A stretch of 63,747 nucleotides of DNA, the filler included, from Klebsormidium nitens (Eukaryota; Plantae; Klebsormidiophyceae): NCBI GenBank assembly GCA_000708835.1. It is 6 parts of 6 records of this genome, joined end to end, with 100 filler letters (N's around TTAATTAATTAA, not from the genome) between each part and the next. Parts side by side here need not be neighbours in the genome. Positions count along the whole stretch, not along the records: positions 1 to 15,384 come from DF238017.1; positions 15,485 to 26,275 come from DF238144.1; 4 more parts are not named here. The stretch is one strand, 5' to 3'. Of the stretch, positions 11,297 through 22,200 are shown piece after piece (within the stretch, counting starts at the first letter, position 1; every line of letters starts with the position of its first letter). Both the position numbers and the translations under genes were made by a program. The notes below the pieces were generated by a model. The model did no database searches. It worked only from the letters and a program-made list of their open reading frames with translations, and had not been told where the DNA came from.

Positions 11297-11905
11297 TTGG
11301 CCACACCATGGAAACGGTGTATTCCTTTTTTCTTGGTGCACCGTAGAAACCTTGACTTGAATGGACGCAATTTTGGGCTATCGTCCTCCAACCACTTTTG
11401 CAATCGAGCTGTTTTGGAGAGTGGAAAGACCGCAATAGTGAGATCTTACAGAGAGTTTGGGATGCTTGAAACCATTCTTGATCCAGCAGCCCTTGCAGGA
11501 ATCCGCGCTCTTGCAGAACCATTCAACTTGCGTCATATTACCAGAGCGCTCGTGCGATCTCTGAATGCTGAAGGATTTCACTCATATTGGGATCGAAGCG
11601 GCATCCACGGCCCATTTGCTGTCAAGGTCAGTTGGCGGGTTGCTCTCAAGAACGCATCTCGCGCTCAACGTCAAGCAAAGAAGCTACACTCAAAGGAATC
11701 CCGATTAAAAAACATGTCGCATGAACGAGAGTCAATCCTTCCAACCGCTTGCACAGACATCCGTGCCCGTTCTCCATTGAGTGCCCAATATGCCCCTAGC
11801 ATGGTGTGGAGTGATGCGCCAATCTTGGAATTAGAGGCGCTTGCAAACCCCAACAAGGTTTGCCATGCCACCGAATCTTCACGGGATGCCTCTCCTAGAT
11901 ACTGA
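11297..11905 (+). CDS. Hypothetical protein (first ATG at 11462)
   Basis: Only a 202-codon open frame between the repeats and the recombinase; no recognisable motif. Confidence 0.3.
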   Translation: MATPWKRCIPFFLVHRRNLDLNGRNFGLSSSNHFCNRAVLESGKTAIVRSYREFGMLETILDPAALAGIRALAEPFNLRHITRALVRSLNAEGFHSYWDRSGIHGPFAVKVSWRVALKNASRAQRQAKKLHSKESRLKNMSHERESILPTACTDIRARSPLSAQYAPSMVWSDAPILELEALANPNKVCHATESSRDASPRY

Positions 11906-12164
11906 ATTGCTAAGAGGCTCCGTTTTGGAGATTGTGTACACCTATATTCGTGTATCTGGCAAAAGTCGGACATCGGCCGATAGTGGAGTGGCGTAAAAGC
12001 CCCTATGTCGGGTTTTAGAAGCTTTTGCGTGTGAGATAACCATGAAAAGCTCCTAGGCGCACCAAAACGGTGAAAACAAAGATGAACACGGATATTCGGT
12101 ATCTGAGCACTTTGTGGCCAGATGCCGTTCATCTTTAATTTCTTGGTATCCTGATATCAGGAGC

Positions 12165-13217
12165 ATGGCAGCTTCAGATGCAAACACAAAGGTTATAGCA
12201 ACTTTGTCGTTAGCAGAACGGCTGCTTCACGAAATCTTTGATGACTCGACACGAAAGCCGCACACGGTCGAGCAGTACTGTGCACGAGTGATGCGCCTCT
12301 TCAAGAGGATGCATGCTCCAAGAGAGGACTTCGAGTCACTTGAGTGGGTCCGAGATACGACCCGTATCATTGAGTTCCTTGATAGCGTATATTCCAATAA
12401 ACTACCGACCCAAGCAACGAGCATCAGCCCTCTCCTTGTTATTGCTCGGAAACTATGGCCCAGTGATCAACAGACCTACGAGGCACTTTTCAAGAGATTC
12501 ACTTCGGTGAGAAAGGCCATGGAAGAAGCTCGACCACCCCAGCACATGTCGGAACGAGAAGCCAAGAATTGGAGATCGCTAGATGATATTAATCAACGGC
12601 GCGTCGAGCTTCAACGGAGGGTCAATCGATCTATTGCGCCAAAGAAACCAGAAGAGGTCACGGTTGGGGACAAAGTGACGCTCTGCCGCTACCTCGTGCT
12701 CTGTTTGTACACACAAATGCCGGCGATCCGTAATGATTGGAGCAATCTTCCCATTGTGCGCTTCGAAGAGGTTGGGAGCACTGCCGCGCGTGAGCTCATG
12801 GCGGGATCTCGCAACTACCTCCTGGAGTATGCAAAGGGCAGCTATAGGCTCCACCTGAAGTCCTACAAAACCGACAAGAAGCACGGACCGCAAATTCTCG
12901 ACATACCGGTCCGGCTTTGCAACGTGATTGCGGAAAGTCTTGATATTTTTCCGCGAAAGTACCTGCTCAGCCGAATGAGGACACCGGACGCTCCAATGGG
13001 GTCCGGCTACTTGACCAAGTTTCTGGCGGCAATTTACCCCGATTCAAATTTGGGATCGTGCCTCCTGCGAAAGATCACTGTCAGCAACGCGATGAAGGAT
13101 GCGCCATCCCTTCAGGACAGAGACCAGCTTGCCAGGTCAATGTTGCACACGGCTCCAGTAGCAATGCGCCATTACGAACTCAAGTACAGACCCGATGGAA
13201 CTCGGATCCAATTCTAG
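12165..13217 (+). CDS. Tyrosine recombinase/integrase of the PLV/virophage (OLV11-like) type
   Basis: Intronless 350-aa ORF: LCLYTQMPAIRND (R), NYL..YRLHLKSYKTDKKHG (K), SCLLRKITVS (R), LARSMLHT (H), MRHYELK (Y). Confidence 0.85.
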   Translation: MAASDANTKVIATLSLAERLLHEIFDDSTRKPHTVEQYCARVMRLFKRMHAPREDFESLEWVRDTTRIIEFLDSVYSNKLPTQATSISPLLVIARKLWPSDQQTYEALFKRFTSVRKAMEEARPPQHMSEREAKNWRSLDDINQRRVELQRRVNRSIAPKKPEEVTVGDKVTLCRYLVLCLYTQMPAIRNDWSNLPIVRFEEVGSTAARELMAGSRNYLLEYAKGSYRLHLKSYKTDKKHGPQILDIPVRLCNVIAESLDIFPRKYLLSRMRTPDAPMGSGYLTKFLAAIYPDSNLGSCLLRKITVSNAMKDAPSLQDRDQLARSMLHTAPVAMRHYELKYRPDGTRIQF

Positions 13218-13257
13218 ACGCTCAGGCTCTTCAACCAACTCGCCACTTACCCCTCAT

Positions 13258-13593
13258 TCAGGAGACTTCGATACTTGTGAACGCACCTAAAGGGACGGTG
13301 GGGGCTTTGAATTCGCCTCCCATGTCCGAGGGGACAGCCGTCCGGGGCACATCATACCCGGCGTCTATCAAGCGTCGAATTGTGGCTTTGTGGAGCTTTC
13401 TTGTGGTTCCAGTAAGCAAGCGTTTGTATGCTTTTTGCATGAGGATGTTCTCCCGATGTCGGCCATAGTATCTTCGAACGGTCTGCGCGTGTTCCACATG
13501 GTGTTCTTTTTGGTAAGCGCGACTCGTCTCACAAACGCGGCAATGACATGGATAAGTGTCGGTGTCGATCAAAGGACTTGTGATTTGGACCAT
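13258..13593 (-). CDS. Small basic hypothetical protein with CxCxxC motif
   Basis: ATG-initiated 111-aa ORF that fills the space between the recombinase and Prim-Pol genes; CHCRVC, then VRRYYGRHRENILMQKAYKRL. Confidence 0.55.
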   Translation of the reverse strand: MVQITSPLIDTDTYPCHCRVCETSRAYQKEHHVEHAQTVRRYYGRHRENILMQKAYKRLLTGTTRKLHKATIRRLIDAGYDVPRTAVPSDMGGEFKAPTVPLGAFTSIEVS

Positions 13594-13699
13594 GACGCCC
13601 TACAATGAAGCTTCGAAAAAAAGTGGTACGAGAACGCAGATGTCAAGGGAGCGCGTTCCAACCGTCTCATATTCTTTCCTCACTGGAGTATAGAAAGGA

Positions 13700-15384
13700 A
13701 TGGCTACGTCGGATGTTGAACGGGCAAACGCCTCTCGATCCCAGGGGAAGGCTCAGACAGCCAGAGACCCCAAGGCCCTAGGACCCGTCAGCATCAGGAA
13801 CGAGATCCAACGACTCTGTAACAACGGCTTATACGCACTACCAGTGTCCGTCTCTTGGGATCGGAATAAAGGGTCGAAGCATGCTGACTTTCCTGACAAG
13901 TATGCACATATCAAAGAGACAGAGGCATGGGGGCGGTCCATCAATCAAGCGATGAAGGAAAAGCGGGATGCAAACGGGCTTGCAATACTCGCGGGAGTCA
14001 GTGGAGTGTATGTGCTAGATATTGATGTGGCTGCAAAAGGGGGAAAGCGACCAGGGACAGAGCTCTGGCAGCAACTTGTTGAGATCCACGGGGACTCACC
14101 GGAGACACTGAAAGCAAGGACCGGCTCTGGTGGGTTGTATATGTACTTCAAGCTCGACTCTCCAGGTCTCACGTGGAGACGGAATATTCAAGGTCTCAAG
14201 GTCGACGACAAAACTTTTGGCGTTGATGGAAGAGGAATTGGTGGTGTTGTGTTCGCTTCACCAACAAGCTACTTGAATGCTGACGGCGAGCTTGCAACAT
14301 ATGAGTGGCTCAGTGATGGGCCTCCTAGCACCGACGCGTGCCAAGATATGCCCATTTGGCTTGCAGAAATGATCAACAATCGTGCCGGTCATACTAGTGC
14401 GGCGACAAGCGGAGAGGAGCAGGGTGGCAAGGTTTTGGGAGCAAGCATTGATGCGTCCATGCCAGGACGTGTGGAAAGTCCAAGCTTCGAGCAAGATCGC
14501 TCGAGCCCAAGTTTGGAACCGCCACACTGCAGGGAGCTCTTGCTGGCAGAACTCTCAAAATTGCTATTAGAGAAGGCCGGCGATTCAACAAGCACGTACG
14601 CATGGTCGTTACCACACGGCCTGTACGGGACATACTATTGCTACCGGACGCATGGGCCTCGAAGGTGCTTCTTTGGCCATACGCACTCGGGGAGCAACAA
14701 CTTCAATCTGCTCAAGAGGGGACGGCATGTATACTACCGCTGCCATGGAGACGAGTGCTCGCACAAGCCCGCCAAAAAGTTAGGGGTCTTGGAGAACTTG
14801 AAGGCCGCCTTGCAAGATGCTACCGCAGATCCCGTGGATCCTCACGACGACATGCGAGTTGTCACTCAGTACACAAGGGAGACGCGAGATGTGCAGGATT
14901 TGCTGCTCAAGATCGTGATTGAGCACGCCGCTCCTCAAGCGTACGCCAATCTCGGGCGCCTCTTTGCATATATGTACATGATCGAGGGTCGAATTTTGGT
15001 GACCACGAACGAAGCAGAAAGGAGTCGAGATCAGCTCTTTTTTGTCTGGGACGGGACTTCGTGGGTACAAGACACCTCGAATCTGGTTTCGAGCGTCTTT
15101 ACATGTCAAATGGGTTGTCTCTTAACATGGTATGAGAGGCAGAGAGAGAGGTGCTTGGGCACTTTGTACGCCAGCCGCCCCGAATTAGAAGGATTTGTGG
15201 TTGACGGTGTTCTCAAGCCTCTCGACTCCGAACAAGTCAATCCCAAGCAGATGAGGAAGATCAAGATGGCTATGGAGACGTGCGCAAAGGAGCTTGATAA
15301 GATCATGCCAAGTTTTGGAAGGATCAACGTCCAAGATGTTGCTGATGTACGCAAGTGCTTGCACTCTGCTGTTAGAGAGCTGCA
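13700..15384 (+). CDS. Bifunctional primase-polymerase (Prim-Pol) plus UL52-type Zn finger plus start of a D5_N-like domain; truncated by a gap
   Basis: Intronless, more than 560 aa. GLAILAGVSGVYVLDIDV (DxD), TGSGGLYMYF, GVDGRGIGGVVFASPTSY; Zn finger RCFFGHTHSGSNNF..VYYRCHGDEC; FFVWDGTSWVQD. Confidence 0.85.
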
Positions 15385-15484
15385 NNNNNNNNNNNNNNNN
15401 NNNNNNNNNNNNNNNNNNNNNNNNNNNNTTAATTAATTAANNNNNNNNNNNNNNNNNNNNNNNNNNNNNNNNNNNNNNNNNNNN
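15385..15484. other. Artificial assembly gap with TTAATTAATTAA linker
   Basis: 44 N + linker + 44 N; identical gaps at 26276-26375, 47226-47325, 59351-59450 and 61991-62090. Confidence 0.98.
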
Positions 15485-16297
15485 GAACGTTTCAATAGCT
15501 AGCTTTAGATTTTCTTATATATTCTTGATCCAAAGCAACAGGGACAGTGACGTTGCTAAGAAGCTGTGCTTGATGAGTGGCTATTTCTAAACAAAGGATC
15601 GTACGGATTGGAAGCAGGATTTATTTTCATTTCGGATCACGTCGACTTAAAGTATCGAGAGATACTACAAAATGATTGCACAAGTACGTGTACAATAAAG
15701 GCGTACTCAAGATGAAACGAAGTTAAACACGTTGGATCTGGGCATCATATCGGAGTGATAATACATCCCGATCCCCCACCGCGGTAGAAGGGCACTAGAC
15801 ATTTATGAAAAATACCATCTGCAAAGGTATGAGTTCGGTAATTTAATAGACCAAAAAGAATCAGCGAACATTCACTTGACGAGGTAAAAAGACTCGCGCT
15901 CAGTTGACGACAAAAAGAATCGCTCTCAAAAGAATCGAGTTTTTGAACCAAGTAGTTGACTAGTTTACCAGAATATGCGAGGCCATCAGGTTTGTGTGCA
16001 CACGGCCTCTCTAGATTACACGAAGATGAAAGTCGACGAAAGGGCGCAAGTGCACCATCCACGCGATAAGTTCAATTTAAGTCACTACTCGCCTCTTAAT
16101 CCGGACCTTTCACTTATTGACCGTGCCCAATTCTTGGCCACGTGCCAGGATTCTCGTTGTACCACAAAATTGCAACCCCACAACAACAGTGTCACTACAG
16201 TAGGTCGTCAGACTCAGTACTCTACACTAGACAGAACCAAAGAACGAGACCCCTACACAAATTTCAGCACTTTCTACCCGCCCTAGTTTTTCTAGCG

Positions 16298-19200
16298 TTA
16301 TCCCCCCGCCACGGAATGCACGGAGCTACATAGCCGGAACTTGGCGAACATGTAGGGGTACTGCTTTTGGTAGTAGTTCCGGAACGAGTCGCGTTTCATG
16401 GCCGGGTGCGTAACGCTTGACGAGCCGCGCAACACAAAGTGACAGTCATCGAAGAAGTCGGTCGAGTATTCGGGGTACTCCGGCATCGGTTTGAACCCGG
16501 GGAAGGGCGCAAAGCGGCTGCAGGGGGGAAGCCGGAGCTGACGTCAGGCAGGTTTCCCATTACTGCAAATGCAAAGGGATGCAACGCAACGGACAGCAGG
16601 ACTTTTTGACGACTGACATTTGGTCCCATTGAACTTGGATATCTTGAGAAGAAAGGAGGTGTCGGACGGACAAAAATCTGCGACGCAAAAGAAGAGTGAT
16701 ACGTTCAAACTATCAGGTCAGCGTTCAGGTCTCCTCGAGTTCGAACGCACGCTCGGCAAAACCCCACTGAAGCGCTGTTTGGTAACGGCCAACGCCGATC
16801 GGGACTCGCTTGAAGATCACACGATAAGATCACACGATAAGACCAGTGCAAGCGCACAGCCCGGACAACAAACCCCGACTCCATTTTCCAGGGCGGCGTT
16901 CCCGTTAATAAGGTGCAATGCAGCTCATTCTCCCCCGACACGAAAAGCTTCTCACCCTCTTTTAAAGAACCGAGACAGAAGCCTTCTTGACGTGCGCTGA
17001 CGACTAGACTCCTCTTCGGTCCGAAAGACGAGTGTGTTTTAAAAGCAGATAGCAGCGCAAAAGAACTAGATCGGGGATCTTTACCTGGAGGTCCATTCCC
17101 AGCCGGCCTCCTTCAAGCAGCGCACGCGATTTTGGACGTCCGTGTCGGCGACGCGCTGGTACTCGGCCTCGGACATGATCCGGTAACCCAGCGACTTGCA
17201 GAATGCCAGCGCCTCGCTTAGGCTTACCAGCACCGGCTCGTGGGCGACCTGGAAAGTACGAAAGGGACTTTTCCATCGGGTATCTCTTTGCAAAGAGGGA
17301 TTGTTTCTGACATCAAGTGGCGGCTGTTGACCTTGTCGGTTCTCGAGGGGCTCGTTCCGCAAGGTGGGACTTTCGAGGGAATAACCGTCGACGTTCGAGA
17401 AGCTGCTGTGCACGAGAACCTGACTCTCTCCAGGAATGTGTTCGATGATCTGCTCATACAGTCTTCATGGTGTTGTCAGGCTTTATCATCGTTGATCAGA
17501 ATCTTCCTGTTCATAAGCTCAAAGTAGGTCTCAAGATGCAGCTAACCACCACTGTGAGCAACGAGTCGGGTCGAACATTAGCAACCGCGTAAGGGACTTA
17601 CGAATGTCGAGGAAATAGGAACCCAAAGAGCATACCTGGACTAGAATCAGATATGGCGTTCACAGAACGACAGGGCCACTCGGCATTTCTTACCTGCGTC
17701 CAGTGGAAGACCCCATCTGGGCGGTGGACGTAAAAGTCGCCTTTGACGTGCGACCACGTGGCAGGCTGGGATAGGCCGTTAGCCCGGAAGAAGGCGAGGT
17801 CGGTGGCGTCCCACCTGAGAGGCGGGCACTTCACATTAGATTCAAAATGTTGGTGAAGAGAGGTCGTGGATGGTAAGGTATCTGCGGGGCCGCCCGAAGA
17901 ATCTGTTAAAGCTCCAGATAAGTGTAGATTAGCTTACCCTGGCTGAGACAAAGCCCCGTTTGCGTTGACCTCCAAGATGAGCTAGGACATCAAAAGCGTA
18001 GCAGTTGCAGAGGCTGAAAGATTATGCTGTTGCTTCCCGTAGACGCCAGATGAAAACCCCTATTCGGCATCTCACATTCTTGCTCGCAACAAGAAAAGCG
18101 ATAAGGCATGCACGGACGCAGTCCTCCGTGTAGACATCCCAGATGTTGCTTCAATCCTTCAAATCAAACAAACTTTCGCCATCTAAACCCCACGACAGTT
18201 CGCCGTCTGAGTCCAAGTAATGAGGTCAGTCGTCACAAAGCTTTGTTTGACAGTTGTAGATCAATCCTTTGATTTTTTCAAGTCATACCAGCGCTGCGGC
18301 AGCTTACCACTGGTCCATCTCGTAGCCTTTCCGCTCGACGATGAAGTTCCGCCACTGGCCGACGGTCACCGGATCGGAAGCGACCATGAAGTCGAGCGGA
18401 ACGCTCGTTTCTAGGGGCGGGCCCTCGTTGTCCCACACGAACGCCCCGGCATCGTCCTCAGACACGCCCAATGTCTGCAAATATAGACGACATCCATTAG
18501 ATCTCGTAATGCCACGTGTCGATGAACCTATCGAGTTGCGGAGGCTAGCGACCCGCTGCTCAACTTCGTGCCTTAGTTTTAAGGGTAACCTTCGCATCAT
18601 CCACAAAGGGTTTTGACGAACATATTCCACCATTCTTAGAAAGAAAGGGACGGACCTGCGGTCGGATTCTCCTCGAGCTACTAATGTCGATTCGAAAATT
18701 TGCGGTAAATATTATCGCCCAGCTTGCTGCTCAACATACCTCCAACATTCTGCTTCACTCAAATTTCTCAGTTTTTAGATTTCCACATTCCTTCAGCACG
18801 CCACTAACCCCCAAGTCCATTTTCTGAAAAAGAAAGCCTGCCATCTCATGAGCCCATCACAACTGGGCGGAGACAGTCCCAATTCTCTAGAAAGCCGTTT
18901 CGATTTGAAAGGTACCACAAAGAAAAGGCTCTGTGCTTACCACTCTCCCAGCCAGCACCCGCACATCAGGTCGCACCCACTTCTTGGCCCAGTCCCGCGC
19001 GAGCGCCACCGCGCGCGGCAGCTCGGCGGGGGGATCCCTCTCCCACTCCAGCCTCTTCGCTTGCGTCAGCATGTACATCAGCGTTTCCTGGTGCATCCGC
19101 TCGTGCTCCAGGCCCATCTGGAGCATACGGGGGGAGCACTTATGCGCCTCGACCGCCTCCATAACCGCTTCGCGCGTATGGGCGACGTAGCGCATAACCT

Positions 19201-22200
19201 CTTCTCGGGAGGGCCACTGGGGGGGGACCTCCGGATGGGAGTGGCACTTTGACGGGTCCAAAACGACCGGGTCGATTCCCCGGGAGAAGGTGACGTCATC
19301 GGGGGAGGGGGTGACGTGAGGAAGGGCCTTGATCTTGGTGAACGAGTTGACGTGGCCGTAGTAGAACAGGAACGGGTGGCGCATGCTGATTGGCTGCACG
19401 GACCAGTCCTTCACCTGGGCGAGGAGCGCAGAACAGGGCTTGTGAGGAGATTGGCAAAGGTTGGTCAATGTTCTGAGCAACCTAAAGCCAGGGGTACCAA
19501 ACCCCACTCGAACTGCCGGAACCATGTTTCGCGCCATCCGATGATGAAAAACTTTGAATTCAACGGTTTAGATTGCTTTGGGGAGTGTCCCGAGCGCTGT
19601 GTGGACCCCGGTTGGCTTGTAAATTGGGTTTAGCGGTTAGCTATCAAGTAGTTATAGCAATTTTACCTGGTTAACCCTCCTTAATCAGCACAGAATAGCT
19701 CCTAAACCTCTTGTTGCCCCAACGCAAAATTCAAGGGTTACAAACAAGACCCTTGGAAGGTTTGATTCCACCAATTTCCGGGTTGGGGCAATTAGAGGTT
19801 TGGCTGCTAGCACAGGGTTCAGAGTGCAAACCTAATTATCTGGGGTGTTTGGTCCCCCTGCCTAAAGCACCAAGAATTTGTGCAACAACTCATAATTCCC
19901 TGGCTCCTACGGACCGGAAACCCTCACAGAATTCAAGGACAACTGTGCTGCAACCACGAAAATGGAGAAAGCATGCGAAGTTTGAAGAGCAGGGCCTGCG
20001 ATAGCTGGCCAATGCTTCGGGACCCCAAAACGGGGATCCCTAGACGACACCACAAAAGATAGTTTGCGGGATCCCGCATATGACGTGCGGTAAAGTACGA
20101 TGAATACAAACGGCTCAAACCGACGGCCATCCTCTGTTGAGCAAAGCGGCGAAGTAGACATGTGTCGCAAGGAGTGCCCCAACCCCATCATACCTCACAA
20201 ACCCAGTCCCATTACGTCAACTTCAAAGCGCGCTCAGCTCGCAAAGACGCGACTGGCAAAGCGCCCAGAATTGGAAATCAAGCGCTTAACCCTCACCTGC
20301 TTCAGGAAGAAGTCGTCCGTGTCTTGCCAGCACCGCCGCAGCGCCTCTTGCATGGGCAGCAGCATTTGCACGCCGTATTGGCGCGTGCGCCACGCTGCTT
20401 GGACGTAGTAGCCCGACACGCTGGCCAGCCGGTTGATGTCCCCGACAGTGAACTTGCGGGACAGCTCCATCAGGAGCCGTTCCCCGGGGGCGATCCGGAT
20501 CGCTTCGCCATTCTTGCCGGGGAAAACCTCCAGCCTGAAGTAAGGACGGGGCGAATACTGCTTAAGTACGATTCGAAACAGGTGTTCTAGATAAGGATGC
20601 ATTGGGGTGTTTGACACATTTAGCAGTTGACAGTAGGACGGATCTGAACACGATAAAGTCCCATGAGTTTTGGCTGAAGAGCGGATGTTCCGTGTTCCGG
20701 TACGGCAAAGTAACGTTCTTGCAAAGCGGGTAATGGACGGAGTAGAACCTGTAACCGTTGTGCCAGAGTGTCCGCCGCATGGTAGCAACGTTCATACAAA
20801 ATTCCGACTGGGCTCGTGCATAACTCCGTCGCGCCCGTTTTGCCACAGTTTCAACAAGGTAAGAGGCCGTTAGCCCACACAGCCTGTCTCTGGCAGAGAA
20901 ACAAGAGAGCACAATGTAAACTGGGTCCGAAATGGCGCCTCACCCTTCTTTGAACTGCACCCACATCTCGACGCGCCGCATCTTGGCCGAGACGACGACC
21001 TCGTAGACCCAGTTCTTCATTGCGGCGTCCAGGCGCTCGGGGGCGAGCCCCAGGCTGAGCAGGGCGTTGCGAAGGCCGTTTAGAATGAACTCCTCGGTCA
21101 CGCCGCGGCTGTCGTGGTACGCTGCGTGGAGGACCTTCTTGTCCTTCCACAGGTCCGTGCAGAGAAACACCTGCAAATAGTAGTCGGCGTAGGGGTTCGA
21201 CCGCCATCAATGACGAAGCAGACAGTGTCATAGATGTAAAATTCGTGTGGACAGAGGCGTCCGAAGTGTCCGACAGCAACTATGAATGCCTTCAGGAAGG
21301 ATGTGCGTCTCTAAGAACCCCCTTTTCACAACGAAAGCCCACTTCGGAACGGGAAATTGTAGGTCTCAATCATTTTGAAGAAATAAAGCGTTGTTTTTTA
21401 CCACTTGGGACACCACGGTAATCTGCTGAGCTCCCTCGATAACAATCGACAAACACTTCTCAGAGAAATGATTCGTATGCAAGCTGCAATGAGCTAACTA
21501 GTGCTGCAGAGAACGTCAGGCATTGACCTGCATTCAAAAATCTTAGAAAGTTCACGAAAGATTGGTTTGTCAGAGGCTCACAGGTCGACTTGAAATATGT
21601 GAGAGGCTTAGAAGTGAAGGCAACACCTTGGCAGAAAGGGCTGTGGATCAGTGGCAATGGGCGCAAAAGACGTAACCTCTAGCAGCATGGACCCAAGCAG
21701 TAAAACAGCCTGTTTGGCAAAAGATCGATGCAAAGAAGATCAGGGACAGACTTGAGAACAGTATGAAGCATTCCTGCTACTTAGACGAGTCGTAACGTTC
21801 AAACCGTGGCGTCTGTCCATCCCTGCAACTCCATCTTACAGTAGAGGTTTTTTAGGTGGTAAACCACGCACCCACGATCTTCTTTCCATTGTCTTTGGTC
21901 CTTCGCTCCTCCCTCTACCCATGAACTCCTTCCGCGTCTCCAGAAGACAAGACCAGTTCTCTTGAAATTCTTAACGCCTCACTCCCCTAGTATGTCTTAC
22001 GACGTTACGTAACGACCCACTCGTCCCGGACCACTCTTACCACCAAAGCTCTGAGCCAGAATATGCGTAAGTATGCCAGACTGCTTGCTAAAACGTGGCG
22101 TGCAAAATCTACCAGACTTTCCATGAACAAGAGACTGTCAGAATGCTGCCTAGACCCGCGCAGGTTACGAAACCACATTCTTCGAGGATAGGACACCCAC

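Larger units (their letters stand above)
4835..15384 (+). mobile_element. Putative integrative virus/satellite-like element (helicase, ori-like repeats, YR, Prim-Pol); boundaries unknown
   Basis: Five genes plus the repeats lie on one contig; no termini or capsid genes identified. Confidence 0.55.

Noticed and set aside
4835-15384. Complete Polinton, PLV or giant-virus insertion
   Set aside because: No capsid, packaging ATPase, protease or PolB is recognisable in the visible sequence; cannot be excluded beyond the gap.
15429-15440. TTAATTAATTAA as a biological motif or terminus
   Set aside because: It sits centred in identical 100-bp N blocks five times; it is an artificial stop linker.
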